Positions 19,381-28,742 of a stretch of DNA of 64,000 nt are shown in pieces. The stretch is from a virus. The notes below the pieces were generated by a model. That model saw only the letters and a list, made by a program, of their open reading frames with translations. It did not search any database and was not told the DNA's origin. Within the stretch, counting starts at the first letter, position 1; each line of letters opens with the position of its first letter. The translations under genes and the position numbers were made by a program. The stretch covers positions 1 to 64,000 of IMG/VR virus record IMGVR_UViG_3300046744_000223; one strand, 5' to 3'.

Positions 19381-20218
19381 TCGAAACCCTCCGTAACTCT
19401 TGTAAAAGTTCATGATATCTTAGAAGAGATAAAATCTGATTCTCATTGATTATTTTAGAATTTGTAATGTTATCAATAAGATTTACAGTTTCATTTAGTT
19501 TTATTTGTGCTACTTTATCCGATACATCTACTGCTTTGAAACTTTTCTTTAGTTTCTTAACTTCAGTTATAACAAATGACTTTAATTTAGTTGAATTATC
19601 AACGTTGTTGATATAATTCTTTAAAATCATTTTTTGTTCTTCTGATAAAGTTGTGTACTTTGAGTTAAATGATTCGACCAAGAACTTATAAGCCAACAAC
19701 CTAACTTCTTTAGATTGGTTGTTATACTCAGTATTATCAGATTCAGTTACAATCTCAACATTTGATTTAGTGATTACTTCGAGTATTGTATTTTTACAAG
19801 TAACGTACTCTTTTGGAGATGCCAAACTTGTATTTTCAAACATTTTGTAAACCGATGCCATTTCACGATAATTAGTAACACGATATTTAAAGAAGTCCTC
19901 CATAACAAATGACTCTTTGATTGATTTAATCAAATTATACTTTTGTCTACGAAGAATACCCTCATTTAAACTACCACGTTCTTCCAATACAATATTTAAA
20001 AACTCCTGAGCCTGATATTGGTTATCAAAGTTTTCTTTAGTTAAAGATTGATACAATTTTAACTCTTTGTTTAATTCAGTACCTCGTTTGAAATGTTTCT
20101 TTATTATTTCCAAGGCAAGAGAATCTTTGTTCGCAAGTGTATCGGATGCGATTTGCTTTACGAGTAATTCAAATAGAATACCCGTATTTTTAAACTTGCT
20201 GTGTTTTAATTTGGCCAT
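19373..20218 (-). CDS. Hypothetical protein between portal and protease
   Basis: 281-aa helical ORF starting MAKLKHSKFKNTGILFELL. Confidence 0.75.
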   Translation of the reverse strand: MAKLKHSKFKNTGILFELLVKQIASDTLANKDSLALEIIKKHFKRGTELNKELKLYQSLTKENFDNQYQAQEFLNIVLEERGSLNEGILRRQKYNLIKSIKESFVMEDFFKYRVTNYREMASVYKMFENTSLASPKEYVTCKNTILEVITKSNVEIVTESDNTEYNNQSKEVRLLAYKFLVESFNSKYTTLSEEQKMILKNYINNVDNSTKLKSFVITEVKKLKKSFKAVDVSDKVAQIKLNETVNLIDNITNSKIINENQILSLLRYHELLQELRRVSNV

Positions 20219-20267
20219 TGTAAACCTTATCTATTACTATTCCAATTTATAAATATGTAAAAACTCA

Positions 20268-22118
20268 TCAAATCGTGTCATCGATAAGATTTCTCTCATC
20301 TAATAAACCCGATTCAGCCTTTTCATCTTCTAATAAAGATTCATTTAGAATCTTAGTTGTTTTGCGTTTAACGTTTTTCAAAGATGATTTCAAAGCTTGT
20401 GTTTGCTCGTAAGCAAGTGGTGAATTTTTATACTTATGATATGTTGCGGCTGGTTTAATATCGGTCTTTTGACCAAGTGGGTCTCTACCAAATGCACTAT
20501 CATCCGTTTTATAGTTACCTGATGTTGATGGTCTACCAGCACCATCAAACCCACCTTCAGGAGAACCACCATCATCGTTAGGTGTTTGATGCATTTGTGC
20601 CAAATCGTGTGGTGTACCAAATGACTCGCCAGTTTTAACTGGATCATTACCTTCATCTTCAATTTGAGCTTGTCTAAATCCGAGTTTTAAATCTCCAATA
20701 ACTTTACCTTGTTCAAGAGCCCACTCATCATCACTCATATTGAATATGTTCTTATACATCCATTCTTGAGAAACCATTTTGAGGTCTTTCATATCAGATA
20801 CCAATGATACCTTCTCAGACCACAATGCAGCTTTCTCTTGTTCGTATATGATAGATGGGTTTGTAAGTTCCAACTCAAAGTTAACAAGGTCTTCGTTTTC
20901 GTAACCTTGTGAGTATAAGTGAACGATTGCAATCTTAGTTAATTCAGAAAGAACAATCTTTTGGATTCTCTCAACTGAACGTGCGAATCTGATATCCTCT
21001 TGTGCTAATGTTGCTTTACCTTCAACTGACTCATCGTACCCAATAAATGCTTTTGGTACTTTTAGTGCAGCCATCATTCTATTTCTTAGGTATTCGATAT
21101 CATCAATACCACCGAATTCCATACCACTTAATGTATCTATCTCAGTACCACTCTGACCACCACGAACTGGTAGGTAGTAATCATCTAACATATTCATTAG
21201 ATTAAACTTGAGATTGTAGTCACCAGTATTTTGGTCAAGATATGGTACTTTCTTCATTTGGTCAATGATACCTCTCATGTGGTTATCAACTTCACCAGGT
21301 GGAATGTTACCTACATCAATTTTAAATGTACGTCTTTCAGGTGCTCTCATAATTCTATGAATCATCATAGCATCTTCCATAAGAGTCAACTGCTTCCAAG
21401 TCTTTCTTGCACCTTCTAATAACGAACGACCATATGGAAGGAAGTTTGTATCTGCTAATAAACGGAAATGTGCGATTTGATAGAACTCAAAGTAATCAGC
21501 GTTCTTGTTTACACTTGCACCATGAGCAGCACCCATTGAACCTAATTTAAATCTTACTTCGTATGGGTTTTCGGGATTAAACCCTTCTTCTCTTTCTACT
21601 TCGTATGCTGACATTGGTGATACGTTTACAATACCAACACCTTCTTCAATATCAAGATGTAGGAAGTAGTCACCATATTTATTCATACCACGAATCCAAG
21701 CCCAAAGATTGAACTCAATATTCATTACATCGTAAAATAGGTTGTGAAGAATCTTTTTTACGTTCTCGTCATCAGTTTTAATTCTAAGAACATCACCCAT
21801 GTCATTTTTTAGAGTACACTCATCGGCGTATATATCTAATACTGAGTTTAGAATGGAATCTTTATCCATTGCTTCGTAATCAGTATATAGTTCTAATTTA
21901 TTTGAATGATAATTAAATTGATTGTTATACGTTTCCCAATTTCTACGAGAGGTATGCATTCTACCAAACCTATCGTAATAAGATGAACCACGGAGGTTAC
22001 CCTGAGATTGTAGTCTTTGAGTATCGATAGTTTGGGTACGGCCCTTACCAATCCTACGGACAACAACTTGAGTGTTGAATAATTTTCCTAACCTATTAAA
22101 TAGTGATTTATCTGCCAT
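20268..22118 (-). CDS. Portal protein (T4 gp20-like)
   Basis: LMEDAMMIHRIMRAPERRTFKIDVGN, DDYYLPVRG, GTEIDTLSG. Confidence 0.96.
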   Translation of the reverse strand: MADKSLFNRLGKLFNTQVVVRRIGKGRTQTIDTQRLQSQGNLRGSSYYDRFGRMHTSRRNWETYNNQFNYHSNKLELYTDYEAMDKDSILNSVLDIYADECTLKNDMGDVLRIKTDDENVKKILHNLFYDVMNIEFNLWAWIRGMNKYGDYFLHLDIEEGVGIVNVSPMSAYEVEREEGFNPENPYEVRFKLGSMGAAHGASVNKNADYFEFYQIAHFRLLADTNFLPYGRSLLEGARKTWKQLTLMEDAMMIHRIMRAPERRTFKIDVGNIPPGEVDNHMRGIIDQMKKVPYLDQNTGDYNLKFNLMNMLDDYYLPVRGGQSGTEIDTLSGMEFGGIDDIEYLRNRMMAALKVPKAFIGYDESVEGKATLAQEDIRFARSVERIQKIVLSELTKIAIVHLYSQGYENEDLVNFELELTNPSIIYEQEKAALWSEKVSLVSDMKDLKMVSQEWMYKNIFNMSDDEWALEQGKVIGDLKLGFRQAQIEDEGNDPVKTGESFGTPHDLAQMHQTPNDDGGSPEGGFDGAGRPSTSGNYKTDDSAFGRDPLGQKTDIKPAATYHKYKNSPLAYEQTQALKSSLKNVKRKTTKILNESLLEDEKAESGLLDERNLIDDTI

Positions 22119-22191
22119 AATTTCGTCTCTAACTAAAAGTATATACTTCTACAAGTTATAAATATACAAAAAATAAATTAAAGTACCAAAT

Positions 22192-23766
22192 TTAAAGTAA
22201 CCAAGTTAAATCTTGGTCCTTTCCATGTTGGTCTTTTTGTTTCCATGGGTCTTGGCCGAGGTTACGGTTAGAATAAACACCGGTACTTGACTTACCCATA
22301 TGCCCTAATGTAGTTCTCGTTAAATCCATACCCTGTTGTCTTAATTTTAATGCCGTATCACGTACCCAAAGACCGGTGGAGAATGATATCACCAAGTCAT
22401 CATTATAACCACGTTGTGCTTCAGCTCTACTACCATTCCATATGAATACAAACAATTCGTCTATAAGTCTCTTAGAATGGATTATAGGGGTTCTCTCTCT
22501 CATATACATATCTAACTTAGATATTACTAATGGTCGAGTTCTACTTGTCATAGAAAATCCAGGAACCATATCCTCTTTACGTTTTAAGTCAAAACCTTTT
22601 CTGAGATGTATATCATCATCTATGTAACCTACATCTCTATATGAATAATATAGATTATCATAGTTTCTATCAATTACTTCTTGTATCACTGCCCAACCAA
22701 TATTTGCGTTTTCAATCACCAACATTGCGTTGTTCCATTCTGCCGCTACCGAAGTTAACATTGCACCATATTGTTTAGTATCAATCTTACCTTTGTATTC
22801 TGCTACTTGTTCAACAGTCTCTACATCGAATACATGGAATGCTGAATAATCGGATGAGTCACCTCTTGCGACATCGGCAACTACTACATAATCACGAGAA
22901 TAATTTGGATAGTCCCATAACCAATAGTTACCATCAAACCCACGTTTTTCAATTGGGTCTTTTACATAAGTTTCTTCGTACCATTGTAATGTAGCACCTT
23001 CAACTACCGTATGGCCAGAACTGATAAAGTCACAATCACACTCTTGTGCTGCGCCCTTAGTTCCTAATAATTTCTCCTGTTCATCTCTCCACGATTGATT
23101 TCTCTCAGGATGTACCGTCCAATGTAATTCGGTTGGATTCCACTGGTCTCCTTGTTGACCTTGAACCCAAATCTTGTGAAACCAATTACCCACACCATTT
23201 GGGGTAGATAATACAATAGCACCACCACCGGTAGAAAGTGTAGATTGTGCCGAAGTCCAAATCTCTTCTACATTGTTAATGAATGCAGCCTCATCAATAA
23301 TCAACATCGACAATGCCTCAGAACGACCAGCATCACCTGCAGCAGATGTTGCTTTAATTTGAGAACCATTACGTAATCTTAGAGATAACTTGTTATCCTC
23401 TTCAGTTTGACCTTTTAACCACGTTGGTAAGTTATCGTGCATGAATCTTACCTTAGTAACAAGGTTCTTAGCAACCTCTTGTTTGGTTGCAATTACAAGA
23501 ATGTTTTTGTCTTCGTGAAATAACATCAACCATAGTGAATATCCGGCTGATAGTGTTGAGATACCCAACTGGCGTGACTTGAGGATTACGTTGAATCGTT
23601 CCTCATTTACACTTGTCATTAAGTCTTCTTGAAATGGGTAAAGATTAAATAAAATCTTGCCACGGTGGGGGTGTTGGATATAACAATACTTCTTGAAGAA
23701 ATATACTGGATCCTTAGCACACTTAACCCACTCTTCTCTGATTAGTGTTTTTATATCTTTTGGCAT
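22192..23766 (-). CDS. Terminase large subunit (gp17-like)
   Basis: LYPFQ, KSRQLGIST, IIDEAAF, LSTPNG, ADVARG, GYNDDLV. Confidence 0.96.
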   Translation of the reverse strand: MPKDIKTLIREEWVKCAKDPVYFFKKYCYIQHPHRGKILFNLYPFQEDLMTSVNEERFNVILKSRQLGISTLSAGYSLWLMLFHEDKNILVIATKQEVAKNLVTKVRFMHDNLPTWLKGQTEEDNKLSLRLRNGSQIKATSAAGDAGRSEALSMLIIDEAAFINNVEEIWTSAQSTLSTGGGAIVLSTPNGVGNWFHKIWVQGQQGDQWNPTELHWTVHPERNQSWRDEQEKLLGTKGAAQECDCDFISSGHTVVEGATLQWYEETYVKDPIEKRGFDGNYWLWDYPNYSRDYVVVADVARGDSSDYSAFHVFDVETVEQVAEYKGKIDTKQYGAMLTSVAAEWNNAMLVIENANIGWAVIQEVIDRNYDNLYYSYRDVGYIDDDIHLRKGFDLKRKEDMVPGFSMTSRTRPLVISKLDMYMRERTPIIHSKRLIDELFVFIWNGSRAEAQRGYNDDLVISFSTGLWVRDTALKLRQQGMDLTRTTLGHMGKSSTGVYSNRNLGQDPWKQKDQHGKDQDLTWLL

Positions 23767-23774
23767 ATCACATA

Positions 23775-24356
23775 TTATTTACCAAACTTCCAATACATAC
23801 CGATTGTGTAAACGGGCTTGAAGTCACTATCTACACCTACCCCAATATTATATACATTACGTTTTTTTGTTTTGTATAAAAGATTACCACTCAAGTTATT
23901 TAGTTGAGTTCGGTCACCATTTAACGTAGTACCCACATAGAGTTCACGTTTGTTGATGTAAACAGTATTAGTAATTGTAGTTGTTGGGATGAGTATTTCG
24001 GATTGAACATCTCTAAATGAAATTAGATTACGTGTTATCGTATCGTTAATAGTAACATAACCCAGCGAATCTATCATAATAGTATCAGTATAAAAGTATT
24101 TTGCGTAATAATCTTTTAATACTGATAATGTATCAATTGGTGTAGTAAATGTATCAATATTAACTACTACCTTCTCCACTACCGTTGGGATGTACTTGGT
24201 TTTTTCAATTTGTACAGTATCCCATTTTGTGACTACTTCAGTAATAACTTGCGGTTCGGTAATATCAGACCCGTTCTGACAACCACGTGTCAGAAATATA
24301 ATAACTCCCAATACTACTATCAGAAGGGTCTTGATATCTCCGAAATAATTTCTCAC
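23775..24356 (-). CDS. Membrane-anchored protein (possible lysis/spanin-type)
   Basis: N-terminal hydrophobic helix followed by RGC, DT-rich beta segments and a beta-strand-like C-terminus. Confidence 0.45.
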   Translation of the reverse strand: MRNYFGDIKTLLIVVLGVIIFLTRGCQNGSDITEPQVITEVVTKWDTVQIEKTKYIPTVVEKVVVNIDTFTTPIDTLSVLKDYYAKYFYTDTIMIDSLGYVTINDTITRNLISFRDVQSEILIPTTTITNTVYINKRELYVGTTLNGDRTQLNNLSGNLLYKTKKRNVYNIGVGVDSDFKPVYTIGMYWKFGK

Positions 24357-24359
24357 AAA

Positions 24360-24677
24360 TTACTTGTTGTAAAGTTCGTAAACTTTATTAATTAGATTCG
24401 TCTTGTTTAATTTAGAATCCAAATCAACATTGTGGTCTTTTTTAGCAGCCTCAAGCATTTGTACTTTTGTCATCGAACGAAGTTTACTTTTAGTAACCTT
24501 CCCTTTGATAGCCGACATTACGTCTTTAAGTTCGTCTGCTACATCAGCAAACTCTTCTTTAACTGATTGTAGCTTTTCCTTTGCATCTGATACTGTTTCC
24601 ATGATTTGTTCATCAATGGTAGTTTTGTTCAATAATCTATTCCATAGACCGATGAACCAATTTTTAAGTTTTGTCAT
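24360..24677 (-). CDS. Hypothetical protein with C-terminal HeH/Rho-N-like motif
   Basis: LRSMTKVQMLEAAK...LDSKLNKTNLI. Confidence 0.55.
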   Translation of the reverse strand: MTKLKNWFIGLWNRLLNKTTIDEQIMETVSDAKEKLQSVKEEFADVADELKDVMSAIKGKVTKSKLRSMTKVQMLEAAKKDHNVDLDSKLNKTNLINKVYELYNK

Positions 24678-24738
24678 GATTTTCTTTTTTTGTTAAACTT
24701 ATTGTATTATATAAGTATGTAACTCAAAGTTAATTAAG

Positions 24739-25608
24739 TTACCACTTACGGCAAGACCAATATCTAGCTTTATGTCTTGGTCCTGGATTATCACAATTGT
24801 GTCTTGCTCTAAATGCCTTACGTCTCGCAGGGTCATTCTTTTTGATAGACATAGTTTTACCCTTTGCTGAAGAGCCACCATGTCCAAAGTTTACCTTTAC
24901 AACATTTCCTTTTGGATTCTTTACATACACTTTAAACTTTTTAACATCACCTTGCATTGGCTTACCAAGTTTTACATCACGACCTTGATACTCTGCTTCA
25001 TCAAGTGTTGGGTTTAGTGCGTAGATGTCACTATTCTGCTCTTTATGTAGATTTAACATCTGAGAATATTCTTTCATAAAGTTTATGAAGTCATGTGTTT
25101 CTTCAATACTTTCTACATCATATTCTTCAATCACCTCATCACCTTCGTTTCTTCTCTTCTTAGAGTAGAGGTAGTCTTTATATAGTTCTTCATAATCAAC
25201 ACCATCTTTCTCATAATCTGATAACGCTTCAGTTGATACTGATTCCTTGTACAATTTAAACATCGAATCTCTGAACTTAGTATTACTAAGGTCTGACTGA
25301 TATTTTTTGATAAGTGATTGTGCTTTACTTAGGTTTTTCTTTGATACGATGTAGTGTGTTCCTTTACCTCTATATTTCTCAAAGGAATACCACATATTAC
25401 TTTCAAGACCCTTATCAACGACTTTACCATCTTTGTCAAGTATCATATATAATCCACTTGAATATGTAGCTTCATTTTTAAATGATGATACATATGGGTT
25501 GTCAATTACCTTACCCAGCTCAGTAGTAAAACCATACTTATCTTCCATAAAGCCTTTTACGTTATGGTATTCTTCTCTGATTAATTCCTTGAGTTGTGTT
25601 TTAGTCAT
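24739..25608 (-). CDS. Probable internal head protein with basic C-terminal phage domain
   Basis: MTKTQLKELIREE leader; KKFKVYV...VNFG...RRKAFRARHNC...ARYWSC. Confidence 0.65.
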   Translation of the reverse strand: MTKTQLKELIREEYHNVKGFMEDKYGFTTELGKVIDNPYVSSFKNEATYSSGLYMILDKDGKVVDKGLESNMWYSFEKYRGKGTHYIVSKKNLSKAQSLIKKYQSDLSNTKFRDSMFKLYKESVSTEALSDYEKDGVDYEELYKDYLYSKKRRNEGDEVIEEYDVESIEETHDFINFMKEYSQMLNLHKEQNSDIYALNPTLDEAEYQGRDVKLGKPMQGDVKKFKVYVKNPKGNVVKVNFGHGGSSAKGKTMSIKKNDPARRKAFRARHNCDNPGPRHKARYWSCRKW

Positions 25609-25609
25609 C

Positions 25610-27406
25610 TTACTTTACCTTTTTAGCCAATGAGTAAAAGTCAATGTTGAATCTAAAACCAGCACCATCGTAATCTCTATCCACTTCAACTGGAACTTTA
25701 AGTTGTTTCTCAAGTGTCTTTCTCAATTCTTCTTTCACATCGACATCATTTTCAACTGCACCTTGGAGACCATCTAAGTCATTACCACTTGCAGCGATTA
25801 GGGTCAATCCCTTTGAGTCACCCATAACTTTAAAGTTTACTGAGTCTTTACCCAATCTCACTTTTGCTTCTTTGATGATACCTTCACCGAATTGTTTAAC
25901 CATTTTCTTTTGAACTGGGTTATTAGGTTTACCTGCGATTGCAGATACTAACTTCATTCTATCAGCAAGTTTACCTTTCTTAACGAATTGGTATACTTTC
26001 TCAATGTCTAATTTGTTATCATCAACAAACTTTTGGATAGCATCTTTATTCATGCCAGTCAAACCACCAATTTCCATTGCAGTTCTTGTTGTAGACTCAT
26101 TTACCTTTACACCAACGGGTTTGTTAGATTTTACAATCATACCCTTAGCACCATCTTTCTCAACCGATTTTAAGAATTTCTTAGCATCAGCTTCTTTTGC
26201 ATATACAGCTGATGATGGTTTTATATTTTTGTTAGGTAAATCTTTTTTGTCCTTAAACATCACTACAAATACTTTATCCTTAGCTTCGTTTACTGATTCG
26301 TCTACTTTATACTTGTAGATTACATCACTTCTATCTCTTAACTTAGTTTTGTTATTTTGTAAATCATAGCTAGGGTTTGCAGTAGTTGCTTTAGCAAACT
26401 TACCATTCTTTAAATAAAATGCACCAATACGAGAATTGTTATCATCGGTTACATAGAATACTGCGTTTTTCTTTTTCTTAGATAATGCAACAATATCAGT
26501 AAGGTTTTTAGCTTTGATGAATTTACCATATCCTTCGTTTACTGATTCATTCATATATTTCTTCCAATCTTTGTGTTCAGGCGCGAGTGCAGTACGACCC
26601 ATATTTTTTTTCAAATCTTTGTTCTGCTCTCTATTATCTGGATGTGCAATTCTTGATGCAAATTTGTTTTTCATATCTACATAGAAATGTGCTCCAAAGT
26701 AATCTATGATATAAGCACCCTTCTTACCTTTGATTGTATCATATTCGTTATGAAGTAATACACCAGGAACTTTCAATCCGATTCCTGAGTGACCTGATAC
26801 ATATTTGATTGGAGTATCTCTATACAGCTGATAGTAAGCGTGTCCTCTTTGTGGAGTAATCATACCTTCTTCTACTGATTCACTTTTCCAACCACCACCT
26901 GCTTTTTTGTATTGTTTTGCAGCCCATCCATTTGCGTATGCTGATGGGTATACATCAAACTTCTTCTTTGCTTGTGCTTTATAGTAAGACCATTTAGATG
27001 GGTTAGTTGGTACATTCTTCTCGTCCAATTGTTCACCCTCTTTAACTAATGACTCTTCAATTGATTCTTTTAGTGACATCAATCTATGTCCGAAAGACCC
27101 ACCAATTGACATACTTAGATAAAATGCAAATGCGTCAATTATATCGTGACCATCGTACTTTGCAGCTTTAGCAATAGCAATACCCTTACTTTCAATTACA
27201 TCTTCCATTGGTGTACCAATGAATTTCTTACCTGCTTTTGGAAAGTATTTACCTAATTGCTTTGCTTCACTATGAAAGTTAGCATCAGTTAAGGCGCCTC
27301 TCATAATCAGCATAACCGATTCGTGATGTTCTGGCGAATTCTTTTTCTCATCTTTTAGATAATCATCTAAAAACTTTTTAACTGATTTATTTAGTTTAGT
27401 ATTCAT
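25610..27406 (-). CDS. Modular probable internal head polyprotein
   Basis: About seven Lys-rich modules separated by ES(V/I)(N/E)E-type linkers, including an AKKKFDVYPSAYAN module. Confidence 0.65.
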   Translation of the reverse strand: MNTKLNKSVKKFLDDYLKDEKKNSPEHHESVMLIMRGALTDANFHSEAKQLGKYFPKAGKKFIGTPMEDVIESKGIAIAKAAKYDGHDIIDAFAFYLSMSIGGSFGHRLMSLKESIEESLVKEGEQLDEKNVPTNPSKWSYYKAQAKKKFDVYPSAYANGWAAKQYKKAGGGWKSESVEEGMITPQRGHAYYQLYRDTPIKYVSGHSGIGLKVPGVLLHNEYDTIKGKKGAYIIDYFGAHFYVDMKNKFASRIAHPDNREQNKDLKKNMGRTALAPEHKDWKKYMNESVNEGYGKFIKAKNLTDIVALSKKKKNAVFYVTDDNNSRIGAFYLKNGKFAKATTANPSYDLQNNKTKLRDRSDVIYKYKVDESVNEAKDKVFVVMFKDKKDLPNKNIKPSSAVYAKEADAKKFLKSVEKDGAKGMIVKSNKPVGVKVNESTTRTAMEIGGLTGMNKDAIQKFVDDNKLDIEKVYQFVKKGKLADRMKLVSAIAGKPNNPVQKKMVKQFGEGIIKEAKVRLGKDSVNFKVMGDSKGLTLIAASGNDLDGLQGAVENDVDVKEELRKTLEKQLKVPVEVDRDYDGAGFRFNIDFYSLAKKVK

Positions 27407-27414
27407 AATACTCC

Positions 27415-27714
27415 TTAGTTGATGTATGCGTTTAACTCATAACCCTTCTTCATACCATATACTTGGATTTGAAGAGACTTACGTTGTGGTTTACCACCTT
27501 TAAGCAATCTAACTGTGAACTCAGTAGTTTTACCTTCACTTGGTCTTGAACGTTTGTTACGACCACCCATTACAATCTGAGACTGCCAATCGTCTTCATC
27601 AATTTCAAATCCACGTTTTTCAGCAAGCTTCCTTGCTTCTTCAGATGCCGCGGTAAATGATTTGTGATATATCTTGTAATCACTCTCGTTTAGTAATTGT
27701 TTTAGCTTAATCAT
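27415..27714 (-). CDS. Probable internal head protein (start revised to MIKLKQLLNE)
   Basis: ATG 27714 follows the upstream stop at 27716. Confidence 0.65.
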   Translation of the reverse strand: MIKLKQLLNESDYKIYHKSFTAASEEARKLAEKRGFEIDEDDWQSQIVMGGRNKRSRPSEGKTTEFTVRLLKGGKPQRKSLQIQVYGMKKGYELNAYIN

Positions 27715-27715
27715 A

Positions 27716-28126
27716 TTATGCCCCAGTTTTTGAGTATGTTGGTTTTTTTCCTTTGGTACTATTACCACCTCGTTTAGAGTCACCACTTTTCTTTTGTGCA
27801 GCTCTTTTTCTATTTACGAAAGACGCTCTACCCTTTGGTCCAAGTTTTGCAGCCTTTTCTTTTGATAAACATGCAGCGTATGCACCACCATCTTTACCAT
27901 CACCACACTTACCTAACTTCTTACCATCGGAACTATATCTATCCCATCCACCACCATCTGATGAACCGGTCTTACCTTTACCAAACCACTTACGCAAATC
28001 TTCGGTCATTACACCTTCAGAACATAGTCGTTCGTAAACATCGGAAATGGTATACTCCATAGCTAATGTATGAGGTATACCATCTTCGGTGTAGAATTTA
28101 TATGTTTCTTTAATAAATGTTTTCAA
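27716..28126 (-). CDS. Basic phage hypothetical protein
   Basis: EDLRKWF...GGW...CG...ACL...RKR motif. Confidence 0.7.
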   Translation of the reverse strand: MKTFIKETYKFYTEDGIPHTLAMEYTISDVYERLCSEGVMTEDLRKWFGKGKTGSSDGGGWDRYSSDGKKLGKCGDGKDGGAYAACLSKEKAAKLGPKGRASFVNRKRAAQKKSGDSKRGGNSTKGKKPTYSKTGA

Positions 28127-28127
28127 T

Positions 28128-28706
28128 TTATTTCTCCAATTTTTGGATAAAGGTTTCTTTAAAATTTTGAAACTCAGTTTCTATCTTTTCTTCAATCTCT
28201 TCCCATGAACCACCATCCCAATCTTCAAGTGACCCATCTTCATTCACAAACCTAGCTTTCATAGCTAACTTTATAGTATCCTTTTCCAACTCAGCTTGGG
28301 CTAACCAAGCTTTTGCGTTTTCTAGCTTCTTTTTACGTTCATACTCACTATACGTACCATCAATTTTCATTTGATGTTCCATACTAATAACACAATTTAG
28401 ACACATACCATGAATGGCCTGCATCTTAATATCGTTACGAGTTGGATTCGTATGCGACGTACACGTATCTTTTTTACAATTAGGAAAGTCCTTGAGCGTG
28501 TTTCTCAATTCCGAAAGTTTACCAAGTTTTACTTTGTATCCTTTCTTCTGCTCCCATGTATTTCCATCATCATCAATCCACTGGTCACCAACTTCTCGTT
28601 TGACGAACTCTTTATGTGCATCAAATGCCACCGTGTTCTTTGTTTGTGTTCGGTGGTTTCCAGCAATCATTTCTTTGACTGCCTTGATGTTGTTTAATTT
28701 TGACAT
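28128..28706 (-). CDS. Hypothetical protein with Cys cluster
   Basis: GDQWIDDDGNTWEQKKG, CKKDTC, HGMCLNC. Confidence 0.7.
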   Translation of the reverse strand: MSKLNNIKAVKEMIAGNHRTQTKNTVAFDAHKEFVKREVGDQWIDDDGNTWEQKKGYKVKLGKLSELRNTLKDFPNCKKDTCTSHTNPTRNDIKMQAIHGMCLNCVISMEHQMKIDGTYSEYERKKKLENAKAWLAQAELEKDTIKLAMKARFVNEDGSLEDWDGGSWEEIEEKIETEFQNFKETFIQKLEK

Positions 28707-28742
28707 AACTTTTTATATATAACTTTTATTACTATAAGTATG

